In this document: positions 17,581 to 26,776 of the stretch, piece after piece
Layout of the letters: each line of letters starts with the position of its first letter
Position numbering within the stretch: the stretch's first letter is position 1
Assembly: GCA_050633305.1 (NCBI GenBank)
Contig: JBOEGF010000010.1
Coordinates: forward strand, 64,001-128,000
DNA length: 64,000 bases
Reading direction: 5' to 3'
Source of the DNA: Nannocystales bacterium
GTDB taxonomy: Bacteria > Myxococcota_A > Polyangia > Nannocystales > Nannocystaceae
The notes under the pieces: model-generated
What the model saw: the letters and a program-made list of their open reading frames with translations, nothing else
Database searches by the model: none
What the model was told of the DNA's origin: nothing
Program-made: the position numbers and the translations under genes

Positions 17581-20500
17581 ATGACCGGTCTCTCTGCGAT
17601 TCTCGAGTTCACGCGGTTTGAGCTGAAACTCCGGTTCCGGCAACCCGCGGTCTATTTGTTCTCCCTGTTGTTCGCGGCGCTGTCGTTTGGCGCGATGACG
17701 ACGGACGCGGTCCAGATCGGCGGGGGCGGCGGTCAGACGATGATCAACGCCCCATTTGTGGTCGCCCAGATGTTGGCGATCATGAGCGTGTTCGGCATCC
17801 TCCTCGTCACTGCATTCGCAGCCGGAGCCGTGGTTCGCGACTTCGACGACGGCTCGTACGAACTCTTCTACACGAAGCCGATCCACCGCCGGGACTACCT
17901 CTTGGGTCGATTCATGGGTGGCTTGCTGACGGCGATGTTCGTCATGTCGGCATGCTCGTTCGGGATGATGGTGGGCTCGGTCATGCCTTGGCTGGACGCG
18001 GAGCGGCTTGGCGCATTCTCGGCCGCCACGTTCATTCAGCCGCTGGTCGTGTTCGTGTTCCCGACCTTGTTCGTCCTTGGGGCGATCTTCTTCGCGGTGG
18101 CCACGTTCACGAGGCGGATGTTGTGGGCCTATGTCTCGGTCGCCGGGCTCATGGTGCTCTTCGCCGTGTCGGAGGCATTCGTGGGTGACCTCGACAACGA
18201 CACGATCGCCGCGCTAGTCGACCCGTTCGGCATGTCGGCGTTCACGCTCGAAACTCGTTATTGGACCCCGGATGAGCGGAACACATCGCTTGTGCCCTTT
18301 GCCGGGACGATCTTGCTGAACCGCATCGTGTGGTCGACGCTGGGCGCCGTTGTGTTGGCGTTCACCGTGTATCGCTTCCGTCTCGTCGCCCCAAGAGTTG
18401 GCTCGAAGCGCAAGAAAGGGGAGGTGACCCCGTCGCGTACGGATATCGCCATTCCGAAGGTCTCTGTCGACTATGCGTTGGGGAGCCAGCTTCGGCAGTG
18501 GGCGTTCTCCACTCGAATCGAGCTTCGCGGGGTGCTCACCAGCACCGCGTTCCTGGTTCTATGTGTCTTCGCCGTGCTGAACGTTTTCGGTGGTGCGTAC
18601 GGGACGACCAACCAGATGTACGGCACGCCGGTGCTGCCGGTCACCAACCTCATGGTCCGGGTGATCGACGGCGCCATGGGGCTGTTCTTGCTCATCATCA
18701 TCACCTTCTACGCAGGCGAGCTGATCTGGCGGGAGCGAAAGAGCGGGATGTCCCGAGTGATCGACGCGATGCCCTCGGCCAACTGGGTGTTCCTGTTGTC
18801 CAAGCTCTCAGCCCTGCTCGCGGCGGTGGCCGTGGTCTGCGCTGTCTCCGTGCTGACGGCGATTCTGGTTCAGGTGTTCGGTGGGTTCACCGACATCGAA
18901 CTCAGTCTCTACATCAAAGGGGTGTTCGGCGTGCAGTGGTCCCAATGGGCTTTGCTCGCGATCCTGGCGTTCTTCTTCCAGGTCATCACGAACCATCGAT
19001 TTGCCGGGTACGGGTTGGTCGCGCTGCACTTCATCCTGCAGATCGCTCTGCCGATGCTGGACTTCGAGCATCGCTTGTATCGCTTCGGAAGCACGCCTGA
19101 CGGCACGTACTCGGACATGAACGGGTTCGGCCACTGGGTCGACCCGATGCTCTGGTTCCGGGGCTATTGGGGCTTCGCAGCTCTCGGCCTGGTCCTGTTG
19201 GCCAACCTGATGTGGGTTCGTGGGTCCGATCCCCGTTTCAAGCTGCGGCTCCGCGAGGTTCGGCATCGCCTCTCGCCGGTCTACCTCGGACTGTTCGCGT
19301 TCGCGGCGGCTGGGTTCATCGCCAGCGGGACGTACGTCTACTACAACACCAACGTCCTCAACACGTACAAGCCCTCCAAGTGGTCCGAGGACCACATCGT
19401 GGAGTACGAGAAGAAGTACAAGCAGTACGAAGATCTCGCCCAACCGCGGATCACGGGGACCAAGCTGGATGCCGCGATCTACCCGCAGGAGCGACGTGTC
19501 GAGCTCAAGGGCACGCTCACGCTCGAGAACCGAAGTGACGAGTCGATCGAGACGTTGCATGTCTTGCTCGACTCGGACACGCAGTGGCCGCTGATCAGCC
19601 TCGACGACTTCCACACGCTGGAGACCAACGACGTCGAGATCGGTTACCGCATCTACCGTCTCACCTCTCCGTTGGAGCCTGGCGGCTCCATGGAGGTGCA
19701 GTTCGAGTCTCGCTATGAGGAGCCCGGGTTCAAGAACAGTGGGACCAACACGGACATCGTGGAGAACGGCACGTTCTTCCACAACGACCGGTACATGCCG
19801 CACTTCGGCTACAACCCGGACCTCGAGATGTCGGATGCGGACGAGCGCCGCAAGCGAGGCCTACCCGAGAAGGCGCGCATGCTTCCGGTCGACGACATGG
19901 GAGGCCGCGCCAACACCTACGTTTCGCGCGAAGCAGATTGGATCGACTTCGAGGCCACGGTCAGCACGAGTCTCGATCAGATCGCACTGGCGCCGGGCTA
20001 CCTGACCAAGGAGTGGACACAGGGCGACCGTCGCTTCTTCCACTACGAGATGGATGCGCCGATCCTCAACCTCTACGGATTCCTCTCGGCTCGTTACACC
20101 GTCGCTCGCGACCAGTGGAATGACGTCGCCATCGAGGTCTATCACCACGCGCCGCACGACTACAACGTGCAGCGGATGATTGAGGCCGTGAAGAAGTCGC
20201 TCGACTACTACACGGCCAACTTCTCGCCCTACCAGCATCGGCAGGTCCGCATCGTCGAGTTCCCTCGCTACGCCAGCTACGCGCAGTCGCTTCCCAACAC
20301 GATCCCGTACAGCGAGTCGATTGGCTTCATCGCGGACCTTCGCGACGAGGACAGCATCGACTACGTCTTCTACGTGACCGCCCACGAGATCGCGCACCAG
20401 TGGTGGGCACACCAGGTCATCGGCGGCAACGTGCAGGGCAGCACCGTGATGTCCGAGACGCTTTCGCAGTACTCGGCACTGATGGTCATGGAGAAGGAGT

Positions 20501-21141
20501 ACGGCCGGGCCAAGATGGCGAAGTTCTTGCGGCACGAACTCGACCGTTACCTGCAGGGGCGGGCCACCGAGCGCAAGAAAGAGCTGCCGCTGATGTTGGT
20601 CGAGAACCAGCCTTACATCCACTACAACAAGGGCAGCTTGGTCATGTACACGCTGCGCGAGTACATCGGCGAGGAGGCGCTCAACCGGGCGCTCGCCGGG
20701 TACATCAAGAAGGTCGGTTTCCAGCGAGCGCCGTTTACCAACAGCATCGAGTTCGTCGAGGCCATCCGGGCCGAGACGCCGAAGAAGTACGCGTACCTCA
20801 TCGAGGACCTGTTCGAGACCATCACGCTCTACGACAACCGTATGGAGTCCGCGACCGCCACTGAAGATGGTGCGACGTGGACGGTCGAACTCGAGGTGAT
20901 GAGCAAGAAGTTTCGGGCGTCGGAGAGTGGTCAGGAGACCGAGACGGAGCTGAACGACTGGATCGAAATCGGGCTCATGGACGAGGATGGCGAGTTCCTG
21001 TATCGCGAGAAACACCAGCTCAGCGAGGAGAAGACGACGCTGAGCATCTCGGTGGACGAGAAGCCTGCCAAAGCCGGCATCGATCCCATCGTGATGCTGG
21101 TCGACCGCAACCCGGACGACAACATCAAGAGGGTGAAGTAG
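17581..21141 (+). CDS. ABC-2 type permease fused to M1-family zinc aminopeptidase domain
   Basis: About 12-13 TM segments, then a soluble domain with HEIAHQWW-x-SETLSQY and YNKG; starts 1 nt after the ATPase stop. Confidence 0.9.
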   Translation: MTGLSAILEFTRFELKLRFRQPAVYLFSLLFAALSFGAMTTDAVQIGGGGGQTMINAPFVVAQMLAIMSVFGILLVTAFAAGAVVRDFDDGSYELFYTKPIHRRDYLLGRFMGGLLTAMFVMSACSFGMMVGSVMPWLDAERLGAFSAATFIQPLVVFVFPTLFVLGAIFFAVATFTRRMLWAYVSVAGLMVLFAVSEAFVGDLDNDTIAALVDPFGMSAFTLETRYWTPDERNTSLVPFAGTILLNRIVWSTLGAVVLAFTVYRFRLVAPRVGSKRKKGEVTPSRTDIAIPKVSVDYALGSQLRQWAFSTRIELRGVLTSTAFLVLCVFAVLNVFGGAYGTTNQMYGTPVLPVTNLMVRVIDGAMGLFLLIIITFYAGELIWRERKSGMSRVIDAMPSANWVFLLSKLSALLAAVAVVCAVSVLTAILVQVFGGFTDIELSLYIKGVFGVQWSQWALLAILAFFFQVITNHRFAGYGLVALHFILQIALPMLDFEHRLYRFGSTPDGTYSDMNGFGHWVDPMLWFRGYWGFAALGLVLLANLMWVRGSDPRFKLRLREVRHRLSPVYLGLFAFAAAGFIASGTYVYYNTNVLNTYKPSKWSEDHIVEYEKKYKQYEDLAQPRITGTKLDAAIYPQERRVELKGTLTLENRSDESIETLHVLLDSDTQWPLISLDDFHTLETNDVEIGYRIYRLTSPLEPGGSMEVQFESRYEEPGFKNSGTNTDIVENGTFFHNDRYMPHFGYNPDLEMSDADERRKRGLPEKARMLPVDDMGGRANTYVSREADWIDFEATVSTSLDQIALAPGYLTKEWTQGDRRFFHYEMDAPILNLYGFLSARYTVARDQWNDVAIEVYHHAPHDYNVQRMIEAVKKSLDYYTANFSPYQHRQVRIVEFPRYASYAQSLPNTIPYSESIGFIADLRDEDSIDYVFYVTAHEIAHQWWAHQVIGGNVQGSTVMSETLSQYSALMVMEKEYGRAKMAKFLRHELDRYLQGRATERKKELPLMLVENQPYIHYNKGSLVMYTLREYIGEEALNRALAGYIKKVGFQRAPFTNSIEFVEAIRAETPKKYAYLIEDLFETITLYDNRMESATATEDGATWTVELEVMSKKFRASESGQETETELNDWIEIGLMDEDGEFLYREKHQLSEEKTTLSISVDEKPAKAGIDPIVMLVDRNPDDNIKRVK

Positions 21142-21216
21142 CGCTCGGAGTACCGGCCACCGTCTCAGCGGTGGTCGGTCTCGCCGACCCGTCCGGCCCA
21201 AACGACGGGGCGGGGG

Positions 21217-22605
21217 TCAGCTGAATAGATTCTCGAGGGCGCCGCCCTTGGAGAACTCGGTCGAGCCAAACGTCTCGACATCGTGCCCCAGGCCCTGTGC
21301 GGCGGAGACGAGCAGACGGTTGTGGTAGGTGCCGGACGGATAGGACACCACGCGCCCAGTCTCCAACGCTCCCCCGGCCTGGCCCGCCAATAGAAAAGGA
21401 GTGTCTTCGACGGTGTGCGCCCAGCCGTTGGAGTTGTCGGTGCTCCACATCATCAGGCTGTGGTACAGCAGCGAGCGTCCGTCGGGAGTGGGGATGGCTT
21501 CGAGGCGCTCCACCAAGGACGCCACCTGGCTTGCGGTCCAACCCAACAGCTGGCTGTACTCGGCCTGTCGTTCGGCGTCGTCGAAACCGTAGTGTGAGTA
21601 CGCGTGATAGTGCTCGGTGAGCCCGAGGAAGGTGGGGGCGAATGCGAGGGTTCCGCGTCCGAAACAGAACGATGCGGAACGGCTCAGGTCGCAGGCCAAG
21701 GCCGCGACGAGCAGTTGCATCATGGCGTCGGTCAGCTCTGGGATCAGCGAGTTGTCTTCGGGGTCGAGCGTGAACGAACCTGGGTCGACGCAGCTCGGGT
21801 CGGTTGAAATTGTGGCGTCGATGCGGAGCTCGGCAGAACGAATTGCATCGAGGTGGGCATCGAACCGGGGCCGGTCGTGTGTCGGGATGGCGGGCAGGAT
21901 GGCGTCGAGTTCACCACCGAGGTGGTCCAAGACGCTCCCTCGCATGATCCTGCGGCGGGCCAGCTCCGCCATGGCTTCGGCGTCGTCTCCGAGGAACGGG
22001 GCGAAGTAGCGGGCGTATGCAGCACTCGGGTCATACTCCGTGGGGATCGCTTGAAGTGGTCCGCTGAACGAGAGCGTTCCGCCTCGCACCGCCGGGCTGA
22101 TCCCCAGCGGAACGACACTGAACGGTGTGGGGGCCGTCGTCGCATGAAGGTAGTCCAGGGACATGCCTCCCGATGCGTTGTAGTTCTGCAGTGGGTCTGC
22201 CCCGGTGAGCATCGTGGTGAGGCCCATCATGTGGTTGTTCCCGCCCCGGTTGGCGTGGTTGTCGAGTCCCTCGACGAACACCAAGTGCTCGGCGAGTGGG
22301 CGCAGCGCTTCGGTTGCGTCGGGCCAGGGGCCAGCAATCTCCGACAGGTCGTAGGATTGGTCTCGGACCCGGCCGGGAAAGAAGAAGCCGTTCGACTGGT
22401 CGGGGTTGGCCTCGTAGTACCAGTGGCCCCTCGGCACGACTCGCCACCCAGCGGGGTGGTACACGCCGATGAAACGTGAGGGGATCGATTCGTCGCCTCC
22501 CGCGTGGCTTTGCCGGATTCCCAGGCGGAACACGGGGGCCCCCGCAATCGCGGAAAACCCGAGGAGCTTGAGAAGCCGTCGGCGGCTGGGGTTGAGGTTG
22601 CTCAT
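21217..22605 (-). CDS. DUF1552 family Tat-exported protein
   Basis: Tat signal SRRRLLK; GSVLD, HLDAIRSAE, ALACDLSR, HAYSH, LLAGQAGG. Confidence 0.85.
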   Translation of the reverse strand: MSNLNPSRRRLLKLLGFSAIAGAPVFRLGIRQSHAGGDESIPSRFIGVYHPAGWRVVPRGHWYYEANPDQSNGFFFPGRVRDQSYDLSEIAGPWPDATEALRPLAEHLVFVEGLDNHANRGGNNHMMGLTTMLTGADPLQNYNASGGMSLDYLHATTAPTPFSVVPLGISPAVRGGTLSFSGPLQAIPTEYDPSAAYARYFAPFLGDDAEAMAELARRRIMRGSVLDHLGGELDAILPAIPTHDRPRFDAHLDAIRSAELRIDATISTDPSCVDPGSFTLDPEDNSLIPELTDAMMQLLVAALACDLSRSASFCFGRGTLAFAPTFLGLTEHYHAYSHYGFDDAERQAEYSQLLGWTASQVASLVERLEAIPTPDGRSLLYHSLMMWSTDNSNGWAHTVEDTPFLLAGQAGGALETGRVVSYPSGTYHNRLLVSAAQGLGHDVETFGSTEFSKGGALENLFS

Positions 22606-24290
22606 CGTTCGATCGGGGGTTGAAGAATCGCGTCGGACGTGGCGACAGCGAGGACCAACGCGTCCAGCTGCAGGTCGGCGTCGGCGAACGCGTTGGACAC
22701 ATCCTCGAGCAGGGCGTCATCGAGCTCGTCGGTCTCTCTGAGAAGGGCGAACCGCAGCGTCTGTTGGGCGACGCAGCGTTGGACCGCCTCAGTTTGCGAC
22801 AAGGCGAGTCCAAGCTCGAACACGCCTTCCACTTCGACGTCGTTGCCCGCCCCTGCAAGCGAACCCGATACATCCACCGGAGCGCCGTTCTCCAGTTCAC
22901 GTGCCCGACCGACCCAGTCGTAGCCCTCGAAAGGGAGGCCCAGCGGGTCGATGAGGTTGTGGCAGCTGGCGCAGGCGGGGTCCTCACGGTGAATCGCAAG
23001 GCGCTCCCGCATGGTCGAATCTTCGTCGACGGTGTCGGGGATCGCTGAGATGTCCATCGGCGGGGCGCCGAGGTCGGTACACAACAGCCGCTCTCGGACT
23101 GCGACACCACGCTCGACAGGGTGTGTCGACCTGTTCGCCGCGTGGGTCCAGGTGAACACCGGGTGCGAGAGCAGACCGGGGTACTCGCCGAGATAGTTGG
23201 CCTCCATCGCCTCGTCGGAGAAGGAAAGTGGGTCGGTCAGCAGAGACTCCAGGGTCCCGCCGTCGCCGTACAGCCGGAACGTCGTATCGACGAAGTCGGT
23301 GAGCATGACGGACCTCGACAAGCCGATGTCCGATTCGTATTCGAACCCCTTGAAGAAGAACTCGAAGCGAGTGAGGTCGAGGAGTTCGATGTAGAAGAGC
23401 CCGAGGTTGGCTTTCGCGCGGTCATCCGAGAGGAGTCTCGTGGCCTGGGCCCGCAGGACGTCGGGTTCGAGAATCGAGGCGTCGGCGGCCCGCTCGATGA
23501 GTTCAGCGTCGGGTCCGGCGCCCCACAAGAAGAACGAAAGCCGCTCTGCCACCGCCCAGGGCCGCTGTTCGCCGGACTCGGGGAGGATGTATAAGGTCCT
23601 CGGCGAGAGCATCATCGCCATCAGGACTGCGGCGTAGGCCGCCTCCTCATCCGACTGGGGGAGGACGTCGTCGTAGACCGCGAGCAGTTGTTGCACCTGC
23701 TCGTTCGAAACGGGCCGACGGAAGAGCCGAGTCCCGAGGAGTTCCACGGCCGCTTCGAGACAAGCTCGCTCTGAGAGTTCTTCGCAGTCGACCAGGCCAT
23801 CCGGGGAGGTTGTCCCCTGGAACGCCATTCGGTTCGCGAATCGCTCGATCGCTTCGAGTTGCGACTCCAACACGCCGGCCCCAACGACCAAGCCCGCAAC
23901 CTCGTTGCTGAAAACCTGCAGCGGTTCGTCGGGTTGCAGCGGCAGGAAGTACGAGTTGAAGTCGTCGTCGAGTTCGAATGCGGCGTAAAACGTGCGGCTG
24001 AGCTCGCGATTGGTCAGTCGGCGCGTCGGGTAAAGCGGGAACGCGTCCATCTCGTCGCCGCCTGTCGAATCGTCCTCGCCAGTGGCGTCGCTCGTCGAGC
24101 CCTCGGCGCTTTCGCCCGGTCCGCTGTTCGTGGGATTGTTCGAGGCCGCGCCGGATGCGTCTGTTCCGGACTCAGTGCCAGCGGCATCGCCAGCTGGAGG
24201 CCCGGTGTAGCAGGCGGCGAGAAGACCCAGCGCGAGGCCAGCGGGGCGCCAACAGTGCGCCGAACGGAAGAGTGAGGGAGGCGTGACCAC
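22602..24290 (-). CDS. DUF1592/DUF1588/DUF1595-type c-haem lipoprotein
   Basis: Lipobox LAAC; RRLTNRE, LSFFLW..GPD, PVERGVAVRERLLC, CASCH..IDPLG; start approximate (GTG 24290). Confidence 0.85.
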   Translation of the reverse strand: MVTPPSLFRSAHCWRPAGLALGLLAACYTGPPAGDAAGTESGTDASGAASNNPTNSGPGESAEGSTSDATGEDDSTGGDEMDAFPLYPTRRLTNRELSRTFYAAFELDDDFNSYFLPLQPDEPLQVFSNEVAGLVVGAGVLESQLEAIERFANRMAFQGTTSPDGLVDCEELSERACLEAAVELLGTRLFRRPVSNEQVQQLLAVYDDVLPQSDEEAAYAAVLMAMMLSPRTLYILPESGEQRPWAVAERLSFFLWGAGPDAELIERAADASILEPDVLRAQATRLLSDDRAKANLGLFYIELLDLTRFEFFFKGFEYESDIGLSRSVMLTDFVDTTFRLYGDGGTLESLLTDPLSFSDEAMEANYLGEYPGLLSHPVFTWTHAANRSTHPVERGVAVRERLLCTDLGAPPMDISAIPDTVDEDSTMRERLAIHREDPACASCHNLIDPLGLPFEGYDWVGRARELENGAPVDVSGSLAGAGNDVEVEGVFELGLALSQTEAVQRCVAQQTLRFALLRETDELDDALLEDVSNAFADADLQLDALVLAVATSDAILQPPIER

Positions 24291-24341
24291 AAGGGGTTGC
24301 TTTCGGGTCCGCGGCGGCACCACGAGACGGGTGCAATGGCA

Positions 24342-24378
24342 CCAGAAGTAGAAGAGGAACTTCTGGCATTGAGGTTCA
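24342..24378 (-). promoter_or_regulatory. Candidate ECF promoter TGAACC-N16-CTCTTCT overlapped by inverted repeat CCAGAAGT-N9-ACTTCTGG
   Basis: AT-rich patch between the ECF sigma and DUF1592 genes; AAC core typical of ECF -35 boxes. Confidence 0.45.
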
Positions 24379-24457
24379 TTTTTCAGTGACTTGGTGTTCT
24401 TTTTGTCGGCCTCCATACGAAGTCAGGTCTGAACGCCCTCAGCGACTCCGGGGCTGA

Positions 24458-25099
24458 TCACGGCAAGTCATCGTGCGAAGGCCCTACACGACTGATCTTT
24501 CGGATCCAGGCGTCGAACCCGGTGGGTTCGTCACCGACCACGATCGGCTCTGCGGCGGAGCGCTCGAGCGCCTGCCGTAGCAACGCACGGCTGCTAAAGA
24601 GCCGGCTCTTCACCGTTCCCTCGGGCACGCCCAGCCGCGCCGCCATCTGCAAGATGGGGACTTCCTGCCAGTAGTAGAGGTCGAGGAGGTTGCGGTGCTC
24701 CTCCGGCAGGGTGCGCAGCGCGTCCATCAGTTGCTGAAACTGTTGCTGCTTTGCGAGGGCCTGTGAGGGGGACGCGTGAGGCGCGGGGGAGCTTGAAGGC
24801 GCGATGCCACGGGCCGAATACCTGCGCAGCTCAGAGAGAAGGTGTCTGGCGATCGTCAGGACATAGGCGCGAAAACGGTCACCTGATCGAATACGGTCAC
24901 GGGTCGCAACGACCCGGCTGAGTGTCTCCTGGACGAAGTCGTCCGGATCGTTGGGCGTGCGGCGTGAGAACCGCCGCAAAGCCGGGAGTTGGCGGGAGAG
25001 CAGCGCGTCCCCGGCATCTTGATCTCCGGCCCTCCATTCACGAAGCAGGTCTTCGTCCGTTTGGCCGGCCCGGGCCCCTGCTCTCTTCTCATCGACCAC
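24458..25099 (-). CDS. ECF-type sigma-70 factor with short C-terminal extension
   Basis: DEDLLREWRAGD..A, DDFVQET, FRAYVLTIAR, LGVPEGTVKSRL. Confidence 0.9.
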   Translation of the reverse strand: MVDEKRAGARAGQTDEDLLREWRAGDQDAGDALLSRQLPALRRFSRRTPNDPDDFVQETLSRVVATRDRIRSGDRFRAYVLTIARHLLSELRRYSARGIAPSSSPAPHASPSQALAKQQQFQQLMDALRTLPEEHRNLLDLYYWQEVPILQMAARLGVPEGTVKSRLFSSRALLRQALERSAAEPIVVGDEPTGFDAWIRKISRVGPSHDDLP

Positions 25100-25356
25100 C
25101 CCGACTTGCCTGTAGTCGATGTGGCACAGGGGGTCAAACCGTAGGCTGCCGGGTTTTTCGTGTCGTGGCCCGGGGCTGTCCCGTCCCCGGGTTGGGGGGA
25201 ACAGGCCCCTTCAGACGTGGCGAGGCTCGTCATGGACCATGTCCCTAGTGGTCATGTGTCGACCCGCAGGGCGATCGTGGCCGGCCCCGACCTCCCGGAC
25301 CCAACACTTCCGGGAGACCGAGACGATGGGGTGGGAAACCCCGCGCGCTTGTGTCG

Positions 25357-26601
25357 CTACTCGAGGTCGTCGATGAACCCGTTGATCGTCTCCCCAAGCT
25401 CGACCGGGATGTCCTCCTGCGCAAAGTGAGCGCCGTTTTGCAACTCGACGAGCTCGATGTTGGGGAACTCCGTGGCCGCAAACTGAGCGTTGCGAATCGG
25501 GTCTCCACCTGCCGAGGGAGCGACTTCGAGGTTGGACAGCACGCCGGGGAAGATATCGATGACGAGCTTCGGCGTGTCGGTGGTCGAGAGGTACTCCTGG
25601 TAACCCCCGACGAAGGCCGTGGCGACGGGGTCGTCGGGGAACGGAAACGCGCGGGGTCCCGAAGGCAGGAACACGTCCACACGGTCTTGGGGCTCCTGCC
25701 ACGGATGCCGGTAGACCTCTTGAATGTCCTCGGGGAGCTCGATGAAGGTCAGTCCATCGAGTGCGTTGAGGAAGACGGCTTGCTCCGCGACCATCATTTC
25801 GCCGACGCCATCGGTACGCAGGGCACCGATGAGCATCGCGAAGTCAGGCGGGAGCGATTCGAGACCTGGGAGGGTGGACCACAGCGTCTCGAACATGGTG
25901 ATCGAGGCGACCTGGTCGGGGTTCTCCGAGGCCCAACGCAACCCGACGGGGCCGCCGAGGTCTTGGACCACCAAGTGCACCCCCTCGAGGCCGAGCTCGT
26001 CGGCAAACGCGTCGAGGAACTCGACCTGCATTGCAGGGGTGTACGGAAGCCCTTCGGGGCGCTCCGAGCGTCCATAGCCGATGAGGTCGATCGCGATCAC
26101 ACGCTTGCCCGTGAGCTCCGGCATCACGTCGCGCCAAAGGAACGCCTGCGTTGGAATCCCATGGACGAGCAACACGGGCTCGCCGTCCGCGGGTCCCGTC
26201 TCGACGTAGTGCATGACAGCGTCGCCCACGTCGACAAACTTGGAGCCGCCGGCCTCGGTGATGAAGTCCTGGTACAGCTGTGGCCAGTCCTCGAGGTCGT
26301 CGACCGGGCCTGGCCCGCCGTCGGTGTCGGTCCCCGGGTCCCCGGAGCTTTCGCTTCCGTCCGTCCCCGTCTCGGTGTCTTCGGATGTCGAGCCCGTCTC
26401 CGAGCTGCTGCCCGTCGTGGTGGAAGGTGTGGTGGTGGCGGTGGAGGCCCCGGTTGAAGGGGATGTGTCGTTCCCTGTAGCCTCGGTTCCAGCGGCTTCG
26501 GTGTCGGCCCCATCGGGGGCAGAATCGTCGTCGCTGCACCCGATCGGGAGTAGGAGTCCAAGTGTCGCGGCGGTGGCGATGAGTGCGGATCTGGTCGGCA
26601 T
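25357..26601 (-). CDS. Lipoprotein alpha/beta hydrolase, haloalkane dehalogenase-like
   Basis: Lipobox PIGC; MHYVETG, HGIPT..FLWR, DLIGYGRS, VQDLGG, MFE, HFAQED. Confidence 0.82.
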   Translation of the reverse strand: MPTRSALIATAATLGLLLPIGCSDDDSAPDGADTEAAGTEATGNDTSPSTGASTATTTPSTTTGSSSETGSTSEDTETGTDGSESSGDPGTDTDGGPGPVDDLEDWPQLYQDFITEAGGSKFVDVGDAVMHYVETGPADGEPVLLVHGIPTQAFLWRDVMPELTGKRVIAIDLIGYGRSERPEGLPYTPAMQVEFLDAFADELGLEGVHLVVQDLGGPVGLRWASENPDQVASITMFETLWSTLPGLESLPPDFAMLIGALRTDGVGEMMVAEQAVFLNALDGLTFIELPEDIQEVYRHPWQEPQDRVDVFLPSGPRAFPFPDDPVATAFVGGYQEYLSTTDTPKLVIDIFPGVLSNLEVAPSAGGDPIRNAQFAATEFPNIELVELQNGAHFAQEDIPVELGETINGFIDDLE

Positions 26602-26776
26602 TGCGATGACTGGAGTCTAGGAGCCGGGGCTCTGGGGACCATCGCGAGCTTCGAGATTCACTATGCACGGATCCGGGATAGTCGGACGCGGATGGCGGCC
26701 GTCGCGTCGTTGCCGACCCCCATCTCACGTCGTGCTCAGCCACGCCTCCATCCGCTCCGCAGGACGAAGCGTTCTT

